Shown here piece by piece: positions 50,637 to 64,000 of a stretch of DNA of 64,000 nucleotides. The translations under genes were made by a program, and so were the position numbers. The stretch covers positions 4,658,954-4,722,953 of the forward strand of contig CM120644.1 in the NCBI GenBank assembly GCA_051362555.1, written 5' to 3'. Numbering within the stretch: the stretch's first letter is position 1; each line of letters begins with the position of its first letter. This stretch comes from Lingula anatina. Its lineage: Eukaryota; Animalia; Brachiopoda. The notes under the pieces were generated by a model that was not told the DNA's origin, searched no databases, and worked only from the letters and a program-made list of their open reading frames with translations.

Positions 50637-52756
50637 AACTCACATTACTAATTTAATGAGATCAAAATCACCTGTTTTATAATCTCCTTCGTGATCTCAC
50701 AATCACTATGTATTGGTCGAAAAATTAAGTAATGATAAACACAAACACATTTAAAAGGAAATAAAGCCACATCACGAAAAAACAATCAAAAAGTGTAACA
50801 CGTATACCAAAGCGTCTTTGATTTGACATGCATTGCAATGGTTGGCCAGTGTGACTGTTTTATCATTATGGGATAGGTCTTTGGCTCTAAATAAAAATGC
50901 AGGGAGTTCTCGACTTTGAACCAGTTGAAGAAAAGGAAAAAGCGATTGAACCAAGGATTTATTTATTTATTTATTTATTTACTTATTTATTTATTCTGCG
51001 GAAGATAGCTTACCATCATATTAATAACATCCCCTATTATTGAAAACTTCCTGTGATTTCTTTGTTGCTGTGCGTAGAAGTGTATTAAAAGAGAAACATT
51101 GCTGTGCTAGTCGAGATCAAACTTGTATAACACGTAAAACCAAAACCATGGTAAGCGCATTAGATGATTGACTTTTGATGTATCAAAAAATAGCAGGCAA
51201 TTCAGACATCACCAATCTGATGTCTGAAGCATATTAATAATCGAAAAAGTGTTTCTGTATTAAAAATTAAAAGCGTCTTTGAAAATGATATATACACTTG
51301 TATAAAATCAAACGCATTTTTAGCTTATATAGGCCTACAACTGAGTTGTTGCCACAAAGGCTAATAAATTAAATTGTGAACAGTAACTGCATCCTAAGGG
51401 AATAAAATAAAATTGAAAGTGACTGAGAGGAATGGCACAAAAATATCCTACTCCTGTCCTTTTCTAATTGTCTTTTGAATGGATATTTCCACATATCAAA
51501 TTCGATTCTTCAAATACTGTTGAAAAACATCTAACTATGATTGAAATGAGAGATGAATAATCTCATGTAGTTCAATTTAAGATTTCATCTTTGTCAAGCA
51601 AAATTTTATTGGTACTCTTCTCAAACATCATAGTCCAAAAACGCAGTTTATAGATATAATACTGTTTAAGAGGACATGTTTTAAGTAAATCAACGTCGGG
51701 AGATTTTGAACAAAGATTCACAGACACATACACCCATACACCCACCCACCCACACATTTCGTATTTAATGAGATCAAAATCACCTGTTGTATAGGCTCCT
51801 ACGTGATCTAACTCTCACTATGTAATGATGATAACTTAACTACTAGTAAAAGCAAAAACATCTCAGAGGAAATAAAGCCACATCACGAAAAACCAATCCC
51901 AAAGTGTAACACGTATACCAAAGCGTCTTTGATTTGACATGCATTGCAATGGTTGGCCAGTGTGGCTCTTTTATCATTATGCGATAGGTCTTTGGGTCTA
52001 AGTAAAAATGCAAGGTGTTGCGACTTTGAACCAGTGGAATAAATATTTAAAAAAAATCGCTGACAGGGTTTTGGAGTACCAAATGGTGTCACGAAACAGT
52101 GATCGTTGGTGCTCAAGTAAAAAAATTAAGAAACAGATATTTAAAGTTTTGCCCCTAAATCGCAATTATGACGTCACCCGCAAGATGACTTATGTGTAAA
52201 TGTTAATTAATTTAGTCACTGAACACTGAAAATGTATTTGTTATCCAAAACCATGTATGCAAGACAGTAAATAAGGCGTTTTAGGGTGAAAATATTCTTA
52301 AGATGACCCGTTTCACGCAATTTTAATTGTGTAATAGTCAGAGTTAAACCACCGTAATTACCTGGCAAGCATAAATATCACCTGAAAATGTGTAAACGTG
52401 ATTATTTTGAGATTTGTCAAACATTGGCGTTTACCTAAGAGATTGTAAGAAAAATTTATTTAGGTTTTTTTTCTCATCATATTAATTGTCAATCACAGTA
52501 TAAATTTATGTTTAATTTTTCACTTGGTACTGTTATGTAAAAAGTACTCTTTTTGGGGGCATGAGAAAAGAAGACTCAAAATAAAATAAAGTTTTTTTTC
52601 ACATTTGCATTGGTTGTTTCTCCTTGACTTTACCAATCCTCCAGCTTCACATATTTCACAATATAAACAGTATTAATTTCATAATATCAATAATAATGAA
52701 AGAAACAGGGCGATATGCATCCCAAAATTTCCGTGTACCAACCATTTTGGGCAAGA

Positions 52757-52808
<52 letters not shown>

Positions 52809-54410
52809 TCTTGCCAAAAATGGTTGTGTATATATATATATATATATAACAAAGTCACAGTCACCTCAACCTGTCTATCTATAACAGGTTACCAAGAACT
52901 GTTAACTCCATCACATTTACAGCAACTTATTCATCCTAGTGTTAACTGACCTTGCAAGCAATTCAGTTTATTGGAATGTATTTCTGATAAACAAGTTAAG
53001 AAAATTCACTAGTTAACTAAAGACACAAAACAACTGTCACTTTTACTTTAAAACCCTTTTGTTATTATTTTGATAAATTTAGTTACAGTATTGATAAACA
53101 AAGTATCACGTTTTCAATAATTAATATTTTAAATTACAATCCATAACTGCAAGGTTGTGTCATTGACCTAAATACAACGTTGAGTCAACGTCACATTATG
53201 ACGGTGTTTCGACGTGGTTGGATCAACGTTGATTTTACTTTGAATTTAGGTAGATCAACGGCAATTCAACGTATCAACCTTTTTTCAACGTTGATCCAAC
53301 GCAACTATGCCTGCTGGGACCTGTCTTCCAAGCATCTCCCTGCGTTCCCACCACTTCCTCCTTTCATGACCCTCTATGCTTCACCGTTACCGGCCTGGTC
53401 TCCAACTTTACCTCCCCCCACCTTCTGCTGTGTTTAGTACAGTAGAATTTCTTACTCAGTTCTTCAACCAGCCTCCTGTAAATTTCGCCCTGACATGTGA
53501 AGTAATTTTTTTACATACGCCAACGGGCCACCTCATTAGATAACTTTTGTGTTCAGGTGGTGGGAAAACTATTTACTACAGATGAAATCATCTAAAATAT
53601 GAGCAGTGCTTTATTTGGTTTTTCATTAATTCATTAATTAATGCATTAATTCAACTGAATGTCAAACCAATCAACTTCATAGCTAGATTGCTTTTGTCAT
53701 CCAACTTTTTGGGGAAGTCGCGGAGTTACATTTAAAAAGCGTTGTTGGCAAGTTATTGCACTGAATACACCCGTTTTAGAGTAAAGTGATCAAAGCAGAG
53801 TGGAGCCACCGCCCAATAAAGGTCAACTAACGCTTGAATTATCACCTAATTGTGACCATGCTAAGCTATGAACTTTATCACAGGGTTGGTTCTTTTGTTA
53901 GAAGAAAGTAAGGCGCGAGGGGTCGTAAACGACCCCACCCGACAGGGATATGTTGTTAATTATACCGGTATGATTACGATTAAGATATCATCTCTGGACA
54001 GCAAAAGTTTTTTGGTACTCTTCTCAAACATCATAAAGTCCAAATCGCAGTTTACAGAAATAATACCAATTTTGAGGGACATGTTTAATGTAAATCACTA
54101 TGGGCTCATGGCAGATTTTAACAAGCACGCGGGCAGACACATTTAGAATTAAAAGAGGTCAAAATGACGCAGCCTGTTATATATAGGTCCTACGTGATGT
54201 AATTATCACTATGTAATGATAAAAAAACAAATTATTGATAAGTATTATGGCATTAAAAAGAAAGAAACCACATCTCAGAAAACCAACACGATTTGACATG
54301 CACTGCAGTGGTTGGTCCGTGAGACTGTTTTATCATTATGGGATAGATCTCTGGGTCTCAATATAAATTTAGGGTGTTTTCGACTTTGGGCCAGTGGAAG
54401 AGAAGAATTC
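50340..54410. repeat. Older diverged duplications (~50340-50955, ~51445-52040, ~53985-54410)
   Basis: Shared blocks ctcaaacatcata..gtcca, gagatcaaaatcacctgtt, gatttgacatgca.tgca.tggttgg, ttttatcattatg.gatag.tct. Confidence 0.8.
53150..53318. mobile_element. MITE fragment with CAACGTTG subrepeats and a TGCCTGCTGGG terminus
   Basis: Several caacgttg/tcaacg units ending in tgcctgctggg; partner end not found. Confidence 0.45.
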
Positions 54411-57408
54411 AAGAGGAAGCAATTGGACCAAGATAGAATTTGCAGTTGAGTGGTCGGGGAGCTCCCTTCAAGACAGAAAAGCTGTAGCTGAAACACAGGT
54501 AAGAGTTGTGAACGATATCCATAGGCCTTTCTAAAACTGTCAATGTTTAGAATTCTAAAACCAAGATACACGTCAGGTCATCCTACACGTAAAATAAAAA
54601 CATTTTTCAATCAGATAAACTATATTGAAAAAAATAAAAATATGATACCGATGATATATCTAGCTACATGTGCATTTCGCAGCCGAATAATAAACGTAAG
54701 TAAAATTATGGTTATGCAGTTTTTTTTCTAATATACATTCATTTAATATCACCACAATTCAGGTAGCGCGTCTCAAATATTGCGTGAAAGGTTAAATCAT
54801 TTTGTCAGATATTTTGAAACATCGCAATCCAACCTTAAACTACAGTCAAAACCTCCGAATATGCGTATTTCATATAGTGTAAAGAAGAGTGGGGGAAGTG
54901 TGAATGATGGGAAACGCAGGACCAAAACGAAGTTTGTAGTCACTGATATTTTCAATATTTGCAAATTCTGCATTGGAAATGACCGAAGAGTTTCAAACAG
55001 ACGAGTTAAATTAAGTTTAAATTAAGTATTGCATTCTTTAATGAAACTCAAGGTAAATGATAGCTGGGTAGTAAGTTTATTCTAATGATTTCCCCTTTTT
55101 AACTCCTCCAGCAAGGGGGCTGTTATACCTGTTCTGGTCCCGTATCTATAAAAAAAATCAAGCCAAGCAGCTGTTTACTTTTACTAATTCAATGTATATC
55201 AACACAAGCAAATGATAAAAACTGTTGGAGCATTTAATTTTTAGCATATAGTCCGGCGTCCGACGAATCTGTCATGACATTGAGATACAGTATCGGTATA
55301 GTGCGTCTCCAAGTAACAGTGAAATTCCTTAAATTTACTTTATTATTTGAGCTTCAAATAAACAATATACAGGTTTCTTACGGTCTCCAACACCGACTTG
55401 GGTCCAAAGACGAGAAGCACCTTTTTACCTTTTTTGTCTTACATGTACCACAATATAACCAAAGCGTTGCTATTCCTCCGTTACACAGTTTTAGAATGTG
55501 ATTCTTTGTTGGCAGCATGTTAATAAAACCATGTATCTACAATATGCAGTGTTATCTAATAAGGCCACTTGCAAACCAACCTAAGACAACTTCTGTAGCT
55601 AGCATCAAGAACAGGCGACAGGCATCAACTAGCCGAGTTAATGGTCAAAGGACCCTTTCCTTATTTACATATAAGGAGCGTCGAAAATATATGGCGTACC
55701 CAGCAAATAGCTTTTCTAGACAGGACTGCAATTTGCACTAAGCCAAGATACCATGGCCATTTTTTGCCATTGGTTCATCTTCCATCGCTTCATTTTTTTT
55801 CTGTATACATGTAGCTTACATCTGACCAAAACTGCCAGTGATATGTGTTCTTTCACAAGATTCTCTCTGTCCCGTCCCCGTTGCCCTGTTGCCAGCAACT
55901 ACAAAGTTTTTTAAGTTGATCTACTTAAAAATTTTGAAATCAAAATTTTGAACAAGGGCAGTCCTTTTCCGTCCATAAGGAGGGTTCCTTCAACCCCCTG
56001 TTCTACTGCCTACAGGTTTGCCTATTTCACATGGAACTGAAAGATGCACAGAGAATCCTGAGCTGGAACTTTGTTCAGAAGATAGATAATGCTAGCATTT
56101 TGTCTCTCTAACACATACTACATGTACACTTAAAATAATATATGCACCAAGTAAAGGCATGTCTTGGCTTTCTTCGTCCCAAATATCCTTAAAATATAGC
56201 ACAGATGTAGAGCTCCGAGCTCTGTATTCACATTGACCAGATCCGAGGCATACGAGGCTGCTGTGAGGCAACAAGATATCTTTATTGGAAATGGTGGCCA
56301 GCTAGAATTTTTCAAAATATCCAAGGTTACACACTTGTCACTACTAGATATATATAACAAAACTAATAAGGTTGCGGTTAACACTGAGCAACAAACTTAC
56401 TTAAACTTAATTCTACACTAGATTCTATGTTTCTCTAGTAGCAGCTGAAATCTGATTTACTAGTATTCATATCGCTAATGACAGTGATCTTTCTTTTTCG
56501 CATAATGCTTTAAGATACACATTTGCTACACATCAGATATAAGGATAATATGGTTGTGAAAAACATTACAAAATAAAATAACCTTTACGTCATATCATGA
56601 TTGCCACGCTTGAACTTTTGGCAGTAGTTGAAACCTAGCTATAACTCCTCTGTTGAATGGTGATTATCTTGGATTTTATTCAATTATCCAAGGATATAAA
56701 CTTGGTTCACATAAGATATATAATATATGGGCAATGATAAGTGTCGCTAAAATAATTATTTTATCAAAAGGATTTTATAATGGACAATGTATGTGGCACA
56801 TTTTTAGTTGAAACCTTTTAATTCCAATGGATTTTCTCGAAATGCCCTAGGTTACATGCTTGTTACCTACATGTACCAGATTTGTTTAATATTTGAATAA
56901 ACGTGCAAATAGGGCCTTATAACCCTGTAGATAATCAGTGCATTTATGTATTTGAAAATATATATTCCTCAATTATTTTCACTGATCCGAGAAACGTTGC
57001 TGGCATATTCCATTAATGTATATAAATTTTGATGTAATTTACAAATCATTAATTCCGGTAAAGATTAGATTAAATAGCATCAATACAGTAACGAACTTTA
57101 TCGATTTTTAAAAGGTATTTTAAAGTTATAGTGATATTTCTTTAAGTTGTTTCGTGTTTACTGAGTAAATTAGTGATTTTTTCTATCTTTATTATAAAAA
57201 TAAAACGTTCTAATATACTTGCTCACAATAAAGAGAACCGAGTAACGTTCAATAGTACTTCACGGTCACCTATAAGTAATTATGAAAATTACACATAGGA
57301 CTTAAAAGTCCTATGTGTAATTTTATATATGTATTTCATATTGTAGTGCATTTACTTTTCCTAAGAAAGATCAGCGCTATAGGCAAGTGCACGATGTTAC
57401 ATGGTGCC

Positions 57409-59221
57409 ATGAAGGCAATGGTGTTGCATTCGCTTTTTCTGGCCTCTGTGGTTTGCCAGCGAGAAGGCAATAGGTGTCTCGACAATGCGTGCAGTGACCC
57501 AGCACCACCGGCAACTACCAGAGCTACTTCTACTCATGAAGACAGTTTGGGCGATGTTTCCTCTACATCCAACCAAAGGCCCGAAACTAGCACCGTTCCC
57601 CTCGAAAATGTGACTGCCCCTGCACCAAATTATTGGAGTCAAGTGCCTGCAGGCGAAAAGTTCTGTCTCTACAATGGGGACACTGTAGCATTTGTTGTTA
57701 ATATAGCATGCTACTGTGATGAGTATTGCAACATCTTTGGTGACTGTTGTTCCGCCGTAAACATTACCTGCAACCACACCGATGAGTCTGATTCCAAATC
57801 TTCATCAACGTCATCCAATGCAATAACCATAGGCCCTGATGACGTCACCTGTACATCGCAGATGACAAAGGACACATTTAGCCCTAGAGGAGAAAAACGC
57901 AAGCTTTTCTGGATGGTTTCAGCATGTCCAAATGATTGGTCGGATGTGGAAACTCGCACGGCCTGTGAAAGACCGAATGTCACAGATGAAGACGGAATGG
58001 CTGTTCTACCGGTTTCAGATTCCGTTTCCGAACTTACCTTTAAGAACTCATTCTGTGCATTTTGCCATGGTGTGACGTCATACAGAGCATGGCCAGCGTT
58101 TGTCCTTTGTACCGACAGTTCTAGTGACATCTTTGCAGACAGCAGAAACACATCTGACATTTTCCATCTTGTCCATGACTCGAGCGATTGCCAGCTGTTT
58201 TTTCAAGAACCGAAAGGGATCGCCGGTAGGCCGTGTATCAAAGATGGCTTTCACGTTGGAGGAAATCCATGGTATCACAGCGGGCAACATTGTCGGGAAG
58301 GAAACCCTTATCGGGACCTTTGCGACAAAAGTCACAGTTTGCCTATCACGCAAGCGGCGGAGATCGGTATTCGGCTTACTGTGACACACCATTACAAAAA
58401 CCACTTTTGTTGGATTTGCCAATATACGAAGAAACCATCAATTTCTCGGTGCCCAGAGCAGATCATACAGGATGCAGGTAATTAAATCCTCGAATATAAG
58501 CGGTCTTCTCATTTTGATTAAATGTTTGTCGTTATAGCTTTTGATTTTGGCCCTGAAGGTGGTTCTCTGAATTCCTCGAGGGGGGGGGGGGGGGGTAAGG
58601 TGTCGATTGCTTCACTCTATTCGTCGCCAGCACGCGTAAAGCGATATATTCCTAGTGAGCAGAGGCTTCCTTTTAGCCAGGAGTACACCCCACGACATTT
58701 ATTTACCTTTGCATAAACACTCGAACGACCATTCTTCTAAACTTTTCTTAAAAGTTGACCAAAATGGCGACTGCTCACGTAAAAATAGAAGGAAGATTTG
58801 TGGTGCACCGATACCCCATGGCTGGGTTACACCAAGAGACCTTTAAGTGATAATAATAATAACGTCGATAAAGATAGTTAAGATTAGATCATATAAAAGC
58901 CCCCAATTGTACACAGTGGGGCATTGAATATTATTCTTTGAGGTGACGAATCTTACAGGTGCACACTTGGTGCAACTCGCAAATATTTTAGTTTTCCCTT
59001 TATTAGTAGGGATATACTGGAATAAGCAGAATTAAGATCTGGTATTTAATATACGTATAGTTTAATTTTGGTTTGATAAAAAAGATTACCATAAGTTTGA
59101 TACTGCCATTTATATTTCAGATGAAGGTTTGAGACATTTCAACCCGTTTGGATTTCGCGCCTTAGTGGATATATTTTCACCTGCACGACCAGTTTCCTGT
59201 TCGGCAAACAAGGTTCCTACA

Positions 59222-59272
<51 letters not shown>

Positions 59273-59675
59273 TTGTTGTTGTTATTAAACAGTTTAGGCG
59301 ATTTAGATCATATAAAGACAGCATGAATGTTTTTCCAGGAGTAATTCGAAATTAATATAATTAACGGACTAATACGTAGCGTATTTTTGAAAGAAAAAAA
59401 TATGTGGAAACTTTGAATTCCTCAAAATTATGGTCGGTCGCGAGAATCACATGTGTGTTTGTGTGTGTGTGTGTGTGTGTATGAAGATTTTGAAACTTTC
59501 ATTCGAGTTGTGACAAAGGGGAGATTTCTCAGGCACTTCAAATAGACTACAGAAAAATACCTTGGCCTGGGTTACATCAGCGTTGTTTATATTAGCCAAA
59601 CATTTTGACCAACACAGAATTGCACGAACTGTTTTTAAAATGAGAAAAAACTATGCAAACGCTTTATGCGGTTTT

Positions 59676-59742
<67 letters not shown>

Positions 59743-60482
59743 AAAATTTAGGGGAATATTTAATATCTAGTCGAAGCCAAAGCGTTTAGACATTGCCATT
59801 GTATGTCTGATCATGTTATAGAGGATGTAACTGGCTTACTTTCTTAATCCAGGAACGTTGCCCAGGCGAGGAAGAGTTGGATCCCTGCCCGTCACTACTG
59901 ACGTACATGTACAATGCGGCATACACACTCACTTTGCTTTTTAAGAGTTCCAAAAACGTAATAGTTAACACGACTGAGACCATTAGCGCCTGCGAAGATT
60001 TCGGCAAACGTCTCTCATTTGGACGAATAAAAATGGACGATGACTTTAGGGACGTCTGGATGATTAGGAGACCGATGTTTCACAGATGCCGCGCGGTGAA
60101 CAGCTCCAACCTTGATCGACCTGATACGAGAAAGTACGGTGCTGTTATCGGAGACTTTGGTTTATTGTTTCGGGGAACAGTAAAAACTTACAAAGAGGGA
60201 TTACCTTTTTTGTCAGTATTGCAAGATAAGTTTTCCGAGAGAATGCCGACTCATAGCTACAGAGGCGTAGATTTTCTGATAGAGGTACGGGATCGCGTGA
60301 AAATCTTACCTTGTCCAGTGCGCACTGACCGCGGATCTAATCAAAAGACACCGACAGGATTGCTGCTCCCTAGTATAACCGACCGTACACCATCCAGCAG
60401 TGGGCAGCTTTTGTCTCTGGGGGTATGGGGACTGTTGATGTCTCTACTGATGTTTTTAGAATTGGGAATACTAGCCATATAG
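57409..60482 (+). CDS. Secreted Cys-rich somatomedin-B-like protein (adhesion-GPCR-type ectodomain) with C-terminal GPI-signal-like tail, ~596 aa, 3 coding exons
   Basis: Exons 57409 (or 57394)-58477, 59121-59212 (weak GTTCCT donor), 59853-60482 join in phase. Signal-like MKAMVLHSLFLASVVC, S/T-rich stalk, CYCDEYCNIFGDCC, WMVSACP..C..LPVSD..TFKNSFCAFCHG, YKNHFCWIC. Ends TPSSSGQLLSLGVWGLLMSLLMFLELGILAI*. Confidence 0.8.
59222..59272. repeat. (ATT)n microsatellite just after exon 2
   Basis: Directly visible. Confidence 0.9.
59679..59740. repeat. (TA)n microsatellite
   Basis: Directly visible. Confidence 0.95.
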
Positions 60483-60589
60483 ATGTGAAGTGCGGTAAGG
60501 TTTACGTTGAACATGAAATAAAAAGCCAATATGACTGAGCAAGAACACATAACACCTATTTTTGAAGATACTCATGTAGTCGAATTCTA

Positions 60590-61520
60590 TAAATTAGGCT
60601 TTTAGTAATATTAGGCCCTTTTGTTTTTCTTGCATGATGTAGACATGTCCACCTTAAATACCTATGAGGAATACGTCTATTGTGTATCACATTTTACAGA
60701 CTTTTTAATTGCCGATAGAAATGCTTATAAACATGCATATTATAGGGGGTGTGCGTTTGAGATACTAGTGTGCTCCAAATCTTTGAAATGGTATGTCAAT
60801 AATCATAAAATGAGTGAAAAATGTACATTTTTTCATAACTCAATGAAGAACATATGTTAAGGTTGTTTGATTTACTGTATGAAGTTTTCAAATAGTATTT
60901 CAAAAGGAGTATGCCTATTTAAGTATAGTATATTGTGATTTTTAATATCCGTGTTTCTATTGCTTATTGTCAGTATTTTTCATTATTATTTTGTTAAAAT
61001 ACTAATTATGATAAACCATAATGAGTTTATTTAGAAAAATAGCAACCAAATGAAAAATATTATGTCAAATACTATGTATAGGCTCTTAATAATATTATGT
61101 CCCTTAACTTTTCTGACATGATGTAGACATTTACAGCTTTGATAGCTATGCGGCATACGTCTATTGTGTATCACATTTTACAAACTTTTTAACTGCCGAT
61201 AGAAATGCTTATGAACATGCATATTCTAGGAAGTGTGCGTTTGAGATACTAGTGTGCTCCAAATCTTTGAAATGACCTGTCTATAACCAATGAATAATTG
61301 AAAATGTAGACTTTTATATAAATTAATGAAGAACATAAGACAAGGCTGTTTACAAGTGTATGAGTTTTTTTTTTCAAATAGTATTTCATAAAGGAGTTCG
61401 CCTATTTAATGGTAGTTTATTGTATCATTTTTATTGTCAGTGTTTCCATGGCTTAATGTTAGTATTTTTCTGTATTATTTTTGCTAATGTTATAACTATG
61501 ATTAACTATAATACGTTTAT
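60590..61520. repeat. Diverged ~480-bp tandem duplication downstream of the SMB-like gene
   Basis: catgatgtagacat...tacgtctattgtgtatcacattttaca...gtgtgcgtttgagatactagtgtgctccaaatctttgaaatg occurs at ~60630-60790 and ~61115-61275. Confidence 0.9.
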
Positions 61521-64000
61521 TCAGAGAAAAAGGTAAAAGTTGTAAAAAAGGTAGAAGGTATACAAATATGCGTAAGTAAAACTTAAAAAGAAAATATTTA
61601 TGAAATGATATGAAAATGAGCAAGAGCCCCTAAAAGCTAGTGAAAGAAAAAATGTAAGTGTTGAGTCTTATACAACACTTCATGGATTTGAAAACCCCCA
61701 AAATGCTTATTTTTGCAATGCACAGCTTTTTATGAAACTTTAGACACACTTTAAAATGATTTAACCCCTTAAATATTTTTTTCTGGAGCGAAGTATCTTA
61801 TGTGTTTTCGTTACTGCCCGTTCTGTTTTCATTACTTACAACCTTAAATGATAATTATGACCATGTCGAATACATCTATAAAATTCATGCTTACAATTGT
61901 ATTATCTACGCCAACTTTAACGTCTCAAACTGTCCTCAGCAGATCTTGCACAGGTGCTCCAAAGATTTATTTGCTCTGTTGTGGAATACGATTGCACTGT
62001 GTGCTACCATAGGTTAAGCGGTGACCTTGGTTTAAATTTTTTTTGTGCTTAAAATGACTAGCCAGTCATTATCACAGGGACCTTCTTTTCTATAAACTCC
62101 AATGGAATATAAACATGTTCAGAACATTAAGGTTGTTTGTAATGAAAACAACCCAAAATTTGAATTAAGACACATTACTGACAAAAAAGTTCCTTTATTA
62201 TCTACTGAATGAATGCTTGGTACAGAGTAAGCATAATTTACTTTCATATGTTCTTGTGGCCTTAGTAGTAGTAGTAGTAGTAGTAGCAATAGTAGTGTTG
62301 ATGTTGTTGTTGTTTTTGCTTATTGTTCTAAATGATCATACTGGCGTTAAATTAGTTTTAATCAGTATAATTGAATGACGAACTTAAATAAATGTATTAA
62401 AAACAATTTGAGAAATTTATGTTTAGCAAGCCGATCGCCTTTAGTAGCTAGATTGCATGAATATTAAGTTGACCTACATGATAATGATTGTAACTCTATA
62501 GGTGATAAAGAGTAGTGACTAAAAAAGGATTGCAGTCAGACCAAAATGTGAATCTTTTACTCTGCTATATAACCATGGTATACTTGACATTAAATCTCTG
62601 GGGATAGGAGAACAGAACATTAATAACACCGTGAAAACTTGAAAGTGAGTGTGGGTTTTCAACTGCCCGCCACAGAGTTGTTACAGAAGCCGTGGAGTTG
62701 AAACTGTTTTGTTCTGGACACTATGATCAGTAAAATTAAAAAATAAGGTGAAATGCATTTGACTTACAACAGATAGTGTATTTCCTACTCTCTACTAGTA
62801 TAATTAAGAAAAGGTTCTTATATCTTCTAATATAATTATATCCAAGTCAATAAAGCACAATTGTCTAAATTCAGCGTTATCTGCTGGTATTTTGTTGTTA
62901 GTCGAAATGTGCGCAGGAGCTGGGGATTCAGTCTCTTCCTTTTCCATGCACATCAGTGGCTAGGGGATCTTGGGTACTTTTTTAAACCAAGCGTGTACTT
63001 AAATTAGTCAATGCTATATTACAGCTTTTTGGGAAATACACCTTTTCTCCCCAATCCCTCGTACCTACTTTTCCTGGTTGCTCTCCCACCACTCACTTAA
63101 GTAAGTGATCTAATTGTGCTTTCTATTCTCGCCTATCCGCCACCAACACCTCATATCTTTAAAAATATATACATTCTAATTATAACGTTCTGGTAATTCA
63201 AAGCAACAGCAACTATGTAAAGTGTCACTTTCCTTCACCCTATATTTTATTTTCACAAAACTCAAGAAAAAAAAAAAGAAATTAAGAAGTCCTTTATTTT
63301 GTAAGGAAACTAAATTAAAACACGAAGGAAATAAATACATATGTGAGCTTTTCGTCAGTATCGTTACAAGTCATGTGCAAGGCTTCCCTCAACCAAGTAG
63401 CGCAAGGTTCTACCTATACGATACAGAATGCATAAAATACCGCAACACGATGTTACACCTAATATCAAATTAAGCAATTTTGCACCCTCTCTTGCCTACA
63501 CCCCATTCCCGGCAGAAAGCATTCCTTATACGACACAAAAGACTGCCCTCTACCAGGGTGACATATTGATTTTCACAAGATATTCACAGATATGCATTTA
63601 GATAAATAGACAGTCATCTGATTCTCTGCCTTTTTGAAAACTTGTCTATAATATCTGCCACCCTAGTAGAGGCTAACTTAAGACACTGATAAAGTAATGC
63701 AATACAAAATATTTCTCACATTCTAATCGGTTTATAACAACGTCACCATCAATACGTACATGTTGTATATGAATTTTTAAAAGCTTTCACAGATATGGGA
63801 CTAAGAAGACTGAGCCACTCTGACTAAGTTTTGGCTCTCAGAGGACCATCTAGTGTAGATACAAAATAAGAGTCGTAACGGAATGCTTTTCACTGAAATA
63901 AGGCTAAATAATCTTAGTCACCCTCCATCTGGTTTCGGAATGAGAAGAATTATACAAAATACAACGCAAAAAAAGGAACTTTTGCCAAGACTGCAGCAAA

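Noticed and set aside
50772-54571. Repeated peptide DLSHNDK..NHCxACQI as a small gene family
   Set aside because: Explained by duplicated DNA; starts are inconsistent, one copy has a deletion, and no gene structure is evident.
57397-58481. Antisense and alternate-frame ORFs over the SMB-like exon
   Set aside because: Shadow ORFs of a long, relatively GC-rich coding exon.
61550-64000. Possible genes at the window end
   Set aside because: AT-rich sequence with only short ORFs and no exon chain I could support.

Overview
AT-rich (roughly 35% GC, estimated by eye), intron-containing animal genomic DNA, probably from a marine invertebrate (echinoderm-like; inference). I could assemble three host genes by hand with consistent splice phases. 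(1) A 16-coding-exon, ~979-aa divergent Tpl2/NIK (MAP3K8/MAP3K14)-like Ser/Thr kinase (+, 8372-17111) with an NF-kB/CCAAT/CRE promoter. (2) An 8-exon, 320-aa 2-oxoglutarate/Fe(II) oxygenase of the IPNS/DIOX_N type (-, 21550-37285); its first exon is repeated twice more, intact, in a ~4.94-kb tandem duplication upstream. (3) A 3-exon secreted Cys-rich somatomedin-B-like protein ending in a GPI-signal-like tail (+, ~57409-60482). Mobile DNA is abundant: an ISL2EU (PIF/Harbinger-related) element with a SWIM-YqaJ exonuclease gene and an internally deleted THAP-DDE transposase, nested in a 6-kb TTAA-flanked Kolobok-like element; a 5'-truncated Penelope-like retroelement with an inverted pLTR and a hammerhead-type motif; a Sola3-like relic; and several MITEs. 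Family assignments come from motif recall, not database searches.
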